From assembly GCA_964462525.1 (NCBI GenBank), contig CAYWWY010000001.1, positions 278,950-342,949 of the forward strand: a stretch of 64,000 nucleotides of DNA, written 5' to 3'. Both the position numbers and the translations under genes were made by a program. The notes beneath the pieces are model-generated. The model did no database searches and had not been told where the DNA came from. It saw only the letters and a list, made by a program, of their open reading frames with translations. The stretch is from an uncultured Thermotogaceae bacterium. Lineage in GTDB: Bacteria > Thermotogota > Thermotogae > MWEM01. How positions within the stretch are numbered: position 1 is the stretch's first letter; each line of letters begins with the position of its first letter. Positions 56,566-64,000 of the stretch are shown one piece after another.

Positions 56566-58385
56566 GTGTTCCTAGAGTCAGGCTGATTACTCTTCTTTTT
56601 TTCTGTGCGATTGTTGTTCTTTTGGGAAGGAGCTTGTTTCTCACCCTTCAGGGGGATCCGATATCTTTGATCCCTATTTCCCGTGTTCAAATCTATCCCT
56701 CGCGAGGACTGATTCTCGATAATTCCGGAATCCCTCTTGTTGAGAACCATCGCCGATACTTCTATTATTTTGACTGCGGGTTCTTCCGAACCTTGATCGA
56801 TCAAAAAAGAGTCAATTTCGATGAGGTTATCGAACAAATCATCGCGGTCTTTTCTGTGGATCGAGTACTATTCCAAGAGCAATATCCCCGTTCTAACTTC
56901 ATCCTTTTGGGTGTTTTCGATCAAGAAATCAGAGGCATTGAACGACCTTTATCCTTTTTCGTGTCTTTGGATCAACGAAACGCACGAACAGTCTTGTATC
57001 CTGAGTTATCCCAAATCATTGGCCGAGTCGATACTTATGGTGCTGGGTTGAGTGGTGTCGAGCTTCAGATGGATTCCTTCCTTTCCCCTAATAGTATTGG
57101 TCTGGTGGACTATGAACGAATGGGCTCTTATCATAGATATGGTCGGATTACTGATATTCAGCCCTCTACAGACGGAGCGGATATCCATTTGAGCATTTCG
57201 TTAGTTCTTCAGCAAATTCTTGCCGAAAGAATCGAAGAAGCAAAGCTCCAGTACAATGCAAAAGAAGCTTCGGGCCTGATTATAGAAACTGCAACGGGAA
57301 AAGTCCGCGCTATGTATTCAACTATGGGATGGAATTCTTTGATCATGAATATCTACGAAATTGGATCCGCCATCAAACCTCTTTTTTTTGGAATGGCAAT
57401 GAAGTATGGAGTGCTTGATTTAGAGGAAGAGTACCGATGTACAGGGAAAATCCAGCCTTTCCCCGATCTTCATTATACGATTTCAGATACATATGCGCAC
57501 GGGACTCTTGGGGTGATTGAGGGTCTTGCCCATTCGTGCAATGTGGTTACGATCGAGATCGCGAAATTGCTGATGGAAGAACTGGGTGATTGGACCATTT
57601 TTCATGAGTTGCAACGAATGGGGTTTGGTTCTAGAACAGGAATCGAGCTTCCTGGGGAAGTAGTTGGTATTCTCCATCGCCCGAACGACTGGAATCGGCT
57701 TACCGGAGTTCAAATGTCGATCGGATATGGTCTGGCTATGACGCAACTCCAGCTGGCAATGGCGATCAATGCTATTGCTAATGATGGAGTATACATTAGT
57801 CCAACGGTTTTTGAACAGCGAATCAATCCCGTTCAGGAGCGCTTAATATTCCAACCTGCAGTAAGCAAAATCCTTACAGAGATGATGGTCGAAGTAGTTG
57901 AGTCAGGAACCGGGAAACTAGCCAAGATTCGTGGCCTGCCTATTGCTGGGAAAACAGGAACCGCAACAAAACCCTTACCCGGAGGCGGAGGATACTCGAG
58001 TGATCGGTTTATGTCTTCATTCTTGGGTTTTTTCCCCGCGGACGATCCGATTTATACAATCTTAGTTTCATTGGACGAACCCCAAGGAAGCCTCTACTAT
58101 AGTTCGGATATCGCAGCTCCTGTTTTTCAGAAAATTGTCTATGATGTAATTGATGCGCTGAAAGCTCCGGATCATCAATCCCCTGAACCTTTGATATATC
58201 GATCATGGAAGATGCCCAGTTTCATTGGTCTTACCGTAAAAGATGTCATAGACTTGTGCAGCGATATGGGGATCGATCTTTCAAAAATCTCTGTTGTTGG
58301 AAGCGGGCTGGTAAAACAGCAATACCCAGCTCCGGAAACTCCGATTGAGTGGGTGGATGAAGTAATCGTACACTTGGGTAAGTAG
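56562..58385 (+). CDS. ftsI: class B penicillin-binding protein (FtsI/PBP2-type transpeptidase) with C-terminal PASTA domain
   Basis: SxxK in GSAIKP, SxN in HSCN and KTG in AGKTGTA. C-terminal PASTA-like MPSFIGLTVKDVIDLCSDMGIDLSKISVVGSGLVKQQYP. GTG start overlaps the ftsL-like stop. Confidence 0.85.
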   Translation: MSVPRVRLITLLFFCAIVVLLGRSLFLTLQGDPISLIPISRVQIYPSRGLILDNSGIPLVENHRRYFYYFDCGFFRTLIDQKRVNFDEVIEQIIAVFSVDRVLFQEQYPRSNFILLGVFDQEIRGIERPLSFFVSLDQRNARTVLYPELSQIIGRVDTYGAGLSGVELQMDSFLSPNSIGLVDYERMGSYHRYGRITDIQPSTDGADIHLSISLVLQQILAERIEEAKLQYNAKEASGLIIETATGKVRAMYSTMGWNSLIMNIYEIGSAIKPLFFGMAMKYGVLDLEEEYRCTGKIQPFPDLHYTISDTYAHGTLGVIEGLAHSCNVVTIEIAKLLMEELGDWTIFHELQRMGFGSRTGIELPGEVVGILHRPNDWNRLTGVQMSIGYGLAMTQLQLAMAINAIANDGVYISPTVFEQRINPVQERLIFQPAVSKILTEMMVEVVESGTGKLAKIRGLPIAGKTGTATKPLPGGGGYSSDRFMSSFLGFFPADDPIYTILVSLDEPQGSLYYSSDIAAPVFQKIVYDVIDALKAPDHQSPEPLIYRSWKMPSFIGLTVKDVIDLCSDMGIDLSKISVVGSGLVKQQYPAPETPIEWVDEVIVHLGK

Positions 58386-58413
58386 ATCATTTACACGGGA
58401 ATACGGGGGGGTT

Positions 58414-60561
58414 ATGCACGAACTCATAGGAAAAGTACTATCTAAAGATATGCGTTGGCATGGATTACGCCCTTTGCAGGAGAGATGCTTTGAATCCATC
58501 GAAAACGGGAATAATTTGCTCATCACTGCAGGGACTGCTTCCGGAAAGACAGAAGCAGCGCTGTTGCCTGTATTATCAATTATTTGCGAACACCCTGTTC
58601 TAAGAGACAGCGAAACTCCTGTCGGGATTTATGTGGCTCCGCTTAAAGCGCTAATAAACGATATAACCGCTCGTTTGCAGAAGCTTGTATATCGTTCATC
58701 GTTGCAAGTCTACTCTTGGCATTCTGATATTCCCTTATCAACGAAACAATCCGCTCTGAAAAAAGCCTCTTTCTTGGTCACCACACCGGAATCCATGGAA
58801 GGAATGATCATCTCGAAAAAATCAGACGCGAACCGATTGTTCTCCAATCTACGGTTCGTTTTGATCGATGAACTCCATTGCCTGATCAATAGTCCCAGAG
58901 GAGCACAATTGGCTTCATTGATCGAACGTTTACAGACGATAAGCAAACACTCAATCCAAAGAATCGCCATGAGCGCAACGATCGGGAACCCTCAAGATGT
59001 CCTTCAATGGCTCAAAGGCGCAAGTCCTAGAAACACAGAACACATCCATGATTCCAATCAAACCGAAAAAAGACTTCTGATTGTCGATCAAACCTTACTC
59101 CAACTTGAAAATGACCTTAGCAAGATGATGACCACCTCCGGAAAAGGCATTGTGTTTACTTCCTCAAAACAGGAAGCTGAAAATATATATACTCATATCC
59201 GCAAGCTTGGATACCCTTGTCTATTGCATCATGGTTCTATGGGAAAGGAAATCCGAAATAGATCAGAAGCTGCGTTTAAAACAAATGATCGATACAGGAT
59301 CATGGTAGCAACAACAACTCTCGAGATGGGAATCGATATCGGAGATGTCGCTTATGTCTTTTTTTACTCGGTTCCCAGCTCCACGTCTTCATTTATGCAA
59401 AGAATTGGCCGCGCGGGAAGAAAAACAGGGATATCCAGAAGCATCCTCTATGTAAATACCCAGGAAGAGAATCCAAAAAAACGGATGGAAACCCACTTAA
59501 AACTTTTCGGGAATCTTCAACTTTTTATGGAAGGCAGGGTTGAACCCATACCCCTGTCTCAAAATTATTACCAAATCCTTGCCCATCAGATTTTGTCTAT
59601 GGTTCTTTCTGAGTATCGCATCCCACACTCCCGTTTGGCTGTACTAAAACAAGCCTTTCCATTTCAAAAGATATCCATTGATGAATTCAGACAAATGCTG
59701 GATTACCTTTTTCAAAAGGGCTTCCTCAGCGAAAACAATGGAACCTTACGAATGGGATACAAGTCAAACGAAATGCTCTCACCCCTAAACTTGGGGGAAT
59801 TTGTTAGTGTCTTCGATGTGGGCGAGGAGTTCACGGTCTACTCAGGAGAAAAGGAGATAGGAAAGATCCATAAAGCTACATTGAAGGTATTATCCCAAAT
59901 GGAACAAGCCGGAATTGGTCGATCTTTCTTTCTTTCAGGGAAAGCATGGAGAGTAGATTCTCTCGACATGAAAACAAGAAAGGTGTGGGTATCCCCTGAA
60001 AAAAACGGAATTCCCCCTCTGTGGCTCGGATCTTCAGAATCAATCGCGCGAAGGTTTGCGAAAGCCGTCCGGGCTTTTATGATCCGTCCGAGTTTTTCAG
60101 ACCTTATCCAAATCGATCCAATAGTCCAAGATTCTTTACTCCAGACTATTGATACGCTTCGATACACTGTCTCTGATCAAGAGCCTTGGGTTTTGGCACC
60201 CGTAATGGGAAAAACATTTGTTGATTACTCGATGTACACTTACGAAGGGGACCTGAAAAACTTGGCATTATCTTTGTGGATCCAAAGTAGTTTAGCGGAC
60301 ACCCGTACCATCAAATGGGATTGGAAACGGGTTCAGTTTCGGGCTTCAACCGTTCTAGAAGCAGAAGAACTGTATCGGGAAGTCCACGGGATTGAGTATG
60401 AAGACTATCGGGAAGCCGTCGAGGAAATCGTGACCGACCGGATGCCCGGAATTGCGCGCCGACTATTTCACGACAGCTGCAGCGAATTCATTCCTGGGAA
60501 CCTATTGCTGGAATCATGTATTCAAACCCTTTGGTCGGGTATACAAGAAACGGACGAATAA
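58414..60561 (+). CDS. DEAD/DEAH-box superfamily 2 helicase, Lhr-core-like
   Basis: Motif I GTASGKTEAALLP, motif II IDELH, motif III SATIGNP and motif VI QRIGRAGR. The C-terminal region resembles a DEAD-associated domain (YQILAHQILSMV). SD GGGGGGG. Confidence 0.8.
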   Translation: MHELIGKVLSKDMRWHGLRPLQERCFESIENGNNLLITAGTASGKTEAALLPVLSIICEHPVLRDSETPVGIYVAPLKALINDITARLQKLVYRSSLQVYSWHSDIPLSTKQSALKKASFLVTTPESMEGMIISKKSDANRLFSNLRFVLIDELHCLINSPRGAQLASLIERLQTISKHSIQRIAMSATIGNPQDVLQWLKGASPRNTEHIHDSNQTEKRLLIVDQTLLQLENDLSKMMTTSGKGIVFTSSKQEAENIYTHIRKLGYPCLLHHGSMGKEIRNRSEAAFKTNDRYRIMVATTTLEMGIDIGDVAYVFFYSVPSSTSSFMQRIGRAGRKTGISRSILYVNTQEENPKKRMETHLKLFGNLQLFMEGRVEPIPLSQNYYQILAHQILSMVLSEYRIPHSRLAVLKQAFPFQKISIDEFRQMLDYLFQKGFLSENNGTLRMGYKSNEMLSPLNLGEFVSVFDVGEEFTVYSGEKEIGKIHKATLKVLSQMEQAGIGRSFFLSGKAWRVDSLDMKTRKVWVSPEKNGIPPLWLGSSESIARRFAKAVRAFMIRPSFSDLIQIDPIVQDSLLQTIDTLRYTVSDQEPWVLAPVMGKTFVDYSMYTYEGDLKNLALSLWIQSSLADTRTIKWDWKRVQFRASTVLEAEELYREVHGIEYEDYREAVEEIVTDRMPGIARRLFHDSCSEFIPGNLLLESCIQTLWSGIQETDE

Positions 60562-61277
60562 TGGCTCTCCGGTTTTTTTGTGACCAAGTTTTCTCTCATA
60601 AAGCGTGCTTTGATGCCCATGAGGTTGCTCATTTACGATCAATGAGGAAAAACCCAGGTGATTTAATAGAGTTTACAGATGGGATCGGATGGATTTATCG
60701 AGGAGTGATTTCGGAAATTGGCCCAAAAAAGGCAATTGTCTCCATTCAAGATAAAACCAAAGGTGTCGATAAAGAGGGTTCTCGTTTTCCTGTTTGGCTC
60801 TGCCTAGCAATCTCTCGTTGGAATCGGGAAGCAGTTATGATCGAAAAAGCATCAGAACTAGGTGTTCAAGGGTTAGTCATCTATCGCGGAGAAAGAAGCC
60901 AACGGGCTTCAGAAAATCCCGAAAAAGTTCGCTTTGTCCTCCGCAACGCCTTAAAACAGTGTGGTGGTACTGTACTACCGGAAACAATCTTTCTAGAGCT
61001 TCTAAGTAGAACTTCTATTCAACGGATCCCTTCCGGGCAATGGATTCTTCTCGATCCCAGCGCTCCTGATTCAATCCACAACATAAAAGCCAACCCCGGA
61101 CAGATTACTGTTTTGTGGGTTGGCCCTGAAGGCGGCTTTTCAAAAGAAGAGACTCAATTACTATTTGAGTTAAACACCCGCCCCTTTCATTTGGGAAACC
61201 GGATCCTTAGGCTGGAAACTGCAGCAATCGTTTCGCTTGGTTATCTAATGATCCAGAGAGCGGATTGCGATGAATAA
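60561..61277 (+). CDS. rsmE: 16S rRNA (uracil1498-N3)-methyltransferase
   Basis: SPOUT C-terminal motif VGPEGGFSKEE and LGNRILRLETA. The ATG overlaps the helicase stop (TAATG). Confidence 0.85.
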   Translation: MALRFFCDQVFSHKACFDAHEVAHLRSMRKNPGDLIEFTDGIGWIYRGVISEIGPKKAIVSIQDKTKGVDKEGSRFPVWLCLAISRWNREAVMIEKASELGVQGLVIYRGERSQRASENPEKVRFVLRNALKQCGGTVLPETIFLELLSRTSIQRIPSGQWILLDPSAPDSIHNIKANPGQITVLWVGPEGGFSKEETQLLFELNTRPFHLGNRILRLETAAIVSLGYLMIQRADCDE

Positions 61278-61304
61278 GGCTCTTTTTTTGAGCAAAATCC
61301 TTTT

Positions 61305-61496
61305 TTACTTTTTCTCTTCTTCAAACTCCAATACTTTTCGTCCTCGGTAATGACCACAATATAAACATACACGATGGGGCAATTTCGGTTCATTGCATTT
61401 GGGACATGGGGTTGAATTGATGGTGTACGCCCGATACGTTTTCGCTCGTCTTGATTTCGTACGGGATCTTGACGGTTTTTGCTTGGGTACTGCCAT
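61305..61496 (-). CDS. rpmF: 50S ribosomal protein L32
   Basis: MAVPKQKPSRSRTKSRRA and the zinc-ribbon CPKCNEPKLPHRVCLYCGHY. 63 aa. Confidence 0.95.
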   Translation of the reverse strand: MAVPKQKPSRSRTKSRRAKTYRAYTINSTPCPKCNEPKLPHRVCLYCGHYRGRKVLEFEEEKK

Positions 61497-61510
61497 AATA
61501 TTCCCTCCGT

Positions 61511-62107
61511 TTATTGAATGGTTTTGTTTTTTCTTACTGCTGGATCGATTTCTTCTTTATCGAACTTACGCTTGAGCTTTTCCAATACGAGGAAGCGCTC
61601 ATCGGGCATTTTTTTCATGTCTGCACATTCGTGATCTGGTTGCTGATTCAAGTCTTGACCGCAAAATCCACATAATCCCGCGCAGTCCTGTCTACAAAGT
61701 ACGATATTTGGTACACCCAAGAGAATCGCTTCTTGGATGTAGGGCAAAAGGTCAAATTCCAAACCCCGATAGTATACCACATTTTCGAGCGTTTTTAGCT
61801 CTACCTCTTCTTCCTTGGGTTCATGATCGGAAGAGAGCAATACCACCTCTACTTGACCGATGATCTCGAGAGGCACAGGACGAAGACACCGTGTGCATGG
61901 GTGTACCACCTTTGTTTTCACATGTCCTTGAACAAAGTAGTCTTGATAATTGCGTTGGATTTCCACATGATAATGGACAGGTTCCAAAACAGGACAAATT
62001 CCAATAATCAGATCCGTATAATCGGTTCCATATGAGTCATCGATGACTAAAATCCCTTCTTCAGAAATCATCTGCAAATCGATGATCAGTTGGTTATTCA
62101 TTCGCAT
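61511..62107 (-). CDS. yceD: YceD/DUF177 family protein (23S rRNA accumulation protein)
   Basis: Canonical position upstream of rpmF, with C-terminal Cys cluster CRQDCAGLCGFCGQDLN. Start ATG 62107 lies behind AAGGAAG. Confidence 0.85.
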   Translation of the reverse strand: MRMNNQLIIDLQMISEEGILVIDDSYGTDYTDLIIGICPVLEPVHYHVEIQRNYQDYFVQGHVKTKVVHPCTRCLRPVPLEIIGQVEVVLLSSDHEPKEEEVELKTLENVVYYRGLEFDLLPYIQEAILLGVPNIVLCRQDCAGLCGFCGQDLNQQPDHECADMKKMPDERFLVLEKLKRKFDKEEIDPAVRKNKTIQ

Positions 62108-62229
62108 CACTTCCTTATTCAATGAAGGAACGAGCAAAAAGCCGGTTTCTCAGTAATTCCCTCCTCTTTCGTGCTTTTCCGTATCCTAAGGAGGTACACC
62201 TTCACAGCAATATTTGCTACATGGACCGG

Positions 62230-62259
62230 ATTATACCACCTGTTTGATCTTTTTGTCAA
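62230..62259 (-). promoter_or_regulatory. consensus sigma-70-type promoter of yceD-rpmF
   Basis: The minus strand reads TTGACA (62259-62254), an 18-nt spacer ending in TGG, then TATAAT (62235-62230). The predicted leader is about 115 nt. Confidence 0.65.
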
Positions 62260-62279
62260 GAACTCGAATGCCACTGGCA

Positions 62280-64000
62280 TCATGCTTGAAGCTCATACTG
62301 GAGACGGTACAGTTGTGCATAAACCCCTCGTTTTGCCAGAAGCTTTTCATGAGTCCCTTCTTCTACCAGTCTGCCTTTATGCATAACTAAGATCCGATCA
62401 GCATCCCGAATGGTAGAAAGCCGGTGCGCGATCGTGATCACCGTTCGGTTTTCCGACACTTTTTTCAATGCGTCTTGAATTAATGCCTCTGTTACCGGAT
62501 CGATATTGCTGGTAGCTTCATCCAAGATGAGAATTTTCGCTTCTCGGACAACAGCTCTTGCAAGAGCAATTAATTGCCTTTCACCTGCCGACAAGGTCGT
62601 TGCTCTTTCTGTAAGCACGGTGTCAAACCCTTGTTCAAACCGTTGAATAATATGATCTACATGAACAAATTGCGCTGCATCAATTACTTGCTCTCGGGAA
62701 ATGGCCGGATCAAAAAGCCGAATGTTATCAATTACGGTTCCAGAAAAGATAAAAACCTCTTGAAGAACGACCGCAATCTGTTTTCTTAGCTCAAAAAGGT
62801 CATAGTCATTCATGGAGATCCCTCCGATTCGGATGTCTCCCCCTTGAATTGGATAGAGCGCAGTCATGATGTTGATTAACGAAGTCTTTCCAGCGCCTGT
62901 TTCTCCAACAATTGCAATACTTTCACCAGATGAAACAGTGAATGATAACCCTTTTATCACTGGAGTGTCGGGAGAATAAGAAAACTCAACTCGATCAAAA
63001 ACAATTTCATCGTTTGGAAAGCTTTTATGTTTTCCAATAGATGCTGCGGAAGCGGCCGATGGTTCATCCATAAGGCGGAATATTTTCTCTGCTGAAGCAA
63101 ATGCATTCTGGACGATATCAAACTTTTCGGAAATATCTCTCAACGGATGGAAGAACATATCGATATAATTAACAAAAGCAAAGATGGTACCAAATGTCAT
63201 TACCCCTTGGAGAATATCTTTGGCTCCGAACCATATGACAACTGACAACGCGAGATAATAAAGAATATCCAAAGTGGGGCGGAATATTGCAAAAACCATG
63301 AGTTGGTTTAGCGTTGCTTTATAATAATGGTTGTTGATTTTTTTGAATTCTTTCTGTTTTGCCTCTTCGCGGTTGAAAAGCTGAATAACGGACATTCCGG
63401 AGATGTGTTCTGCCAAAAAAGCATTGATGCGGGCCAACCGAGTTCGCACTTTCCTATATGCCTTTCGAGCAAAAACTCGAAACAACCATGTCGCCAGTAC
63501 AATAAAGGGAATCACGAGCATGGAATACCCTGTTAACTGAGCGCTTAAATATACCATAAATCCAATGATCCCAACAAGCATTAAAATATCTTTAATAATG
63601 CTCGTTATAGCTGCTGTGAAAAACTCATCCAAGTTTTGGGTGTCATTCGTTATCCGTGTCACAATTCGACCGGTTGGATTGCGATCGAAAAACCGCAGCG
63701 GGATTGATAAGACATGAGAAAAAAGGGCTCTCCTTATGTCATAAATTACTTTCTGACCCATTAGATTTGAAGTATATACCTGTCCATACGTGCAAAAAAA
63801 GTTGAATATAAGCAACGAAAGCATTAACAGAGCCAACTGACCAAGACCACGAATGTCCTTTTCTTTCAAACGAGCAATTGTTTCTGGATTGAGAACATAC
63901 TCTTTGTCATTGTTAGTCAGCACAAATCCATGGTTTTTATATACAAAAGAATATGAGCCTTGAGGATCCTCTTTTACCCAAAGATGATCGGAAACACGCT
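62280..64000 (-). CDS. ABC exporter, fused permease/ATPase (MsbA/multidrug type), 5' end outside window
   Basis: TMD with RITNDTQNLDEF-type coupling region. NBD with Walker A GETGAGKTS, signature LSAGERQLIALARA and Walker B ILILDEATSNID. The frame stays open upstream of the GTG at 63923 to the window edge, and TM1 is missing, so the gene is partial here. Confidence 0.85.
   Translation of the reverse strand, partial: RVSDHLWVKEDPQGSYSFVYKNHGFVLTNNDKEYVLNPETIARLKEKDIRGLGQLALLMLSLLIFNFFCTYGQVYTSNLMGQKVIYDIRRALFSHVLSIPLRFFDRNPTGRIVTRITNDTQNLDEFFTAAITSIIKDILMLVGIIGFMVYLSAQLTGYSMLVIPFIVLATWLFRVFARKAYRKVRTRLARINAFLAEHISGMSVIQLFNREEAKQKEFKKINNHYYKATLNQLMVFAIFRPTLDILYYLALSVVIWFGAKDILQGVMTFGTIFAFVNYIDMFFHPLRDISEKFDIVQNAFASAEKIFRLMDEPSAASAASIGKHKSFPNDEIVFDRVEFSYSPDTPVIKGLSFTVSSGESIAIVGETGAGKTSLINIMTALYPIQGGDIRIGGISMNDYDLFELRKQIAVVLQEVFIFSGTVIDNIRLFDPAISREQVIDAAQFVHVDHIIQRFEQGFDTVLTERATTLSAGERQLIALARAVVREAKILILDEATSNIDPVTEALIQDALKKVSENRTVITIAHRLSTIRDADRILVMHKGRLVEEGTHEKLLAKRGVYAQLYRLQYELQA

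Noticed and set aside
61278-61304. Possible terminator between convergent rsmE and rpmF.
   Set aside because: Only a 4-5 bp stem (AGAGC/GCTCT) with a long or A-rich loop can be drawn. That is not convincing as an intrinsic terminator.
1-64000. Scan for CRISPR arrays, IS elements and transposases, integrases, phage genes, tRNA/rRNA genes and classic defence systems.
   Set aside because: I found no spaced direct repeats, no transposase, integrase or recombinase motifs, no cloverleaf-compatible sequences in the short intergenic gaps, and no restriction, abortive-infection or Cas-like proteins. The window looks like core chromosome.

Overview
This is a densely coding 64-kb chromosomal segment with about 58 protein genes, arranged in six long co-directional blocks. 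I recognised no rRNA, tRNA, CRISPR array, transposase, integrase or phage gene. All family calls come from reading motifs in the translated ORFs; no search was run.

Gene content suggests an anaerobic, saccharolytic, probably thermophilic diderm with Thermotogota-like hallmarks:
- an Omp-alpha-type protein (SLH domain, long coiled coil, C-terminal anchor)
- a GlpP-related protein
- a GH57 enzyme and a type I pullulanase
- a TMBP/ThuE-like trehalose/maltose ABC system and an Opp/Dpp-type ABC system
- lysine 2,3-aminomutase and an Orn/Lys-racemase-like enzyme

Housekeeping genes present are coaD, hpf, an RNase G/E-family gene, mtaD, rseP, serS, trxB, htrA, ccdA, rluD, smc, rsmH-ftsL-ftsI, rsmE and yceD-rpmF.

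Several ORF-track starts are N-terminal over-extensions. I corrected them using SD motifs, neighbouring stop codons and two intrinsic terminators that sit inside the supposed 5' ends. One partial gene (FGGY kinase, 1..271, minus strand) is missing from the track.

The items most worth a second look:
1. A soluble [FeFe]-hydrogenase-like sensor fused to an MCP signalling domain (26323..28395).
2. A fusion of a ribosomal-protein-L9 N-domain-like module to a Zc3h12a-type NYN RNase (18577..19365), with a small helical neighbour.
3. A large secreted clostripain-like protein whose nucleophile Cys appears to be replaced (11955..14225).
4. An uncharacterised P-loop NTPase translationally coupled to kamA (9140..10177).
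5. A GlpP-like antiterminator homologue coupled to an HD-GYP phosphodiesterase, with no glp genes nearby.
6. A catalytically degenerate 5'-nucleotidase-like LysM protein.
7. A CsoR-type GC-tract palindrome in front of the ccdA/thioredoxin-like operon.

No defence island or mobile element is evident.
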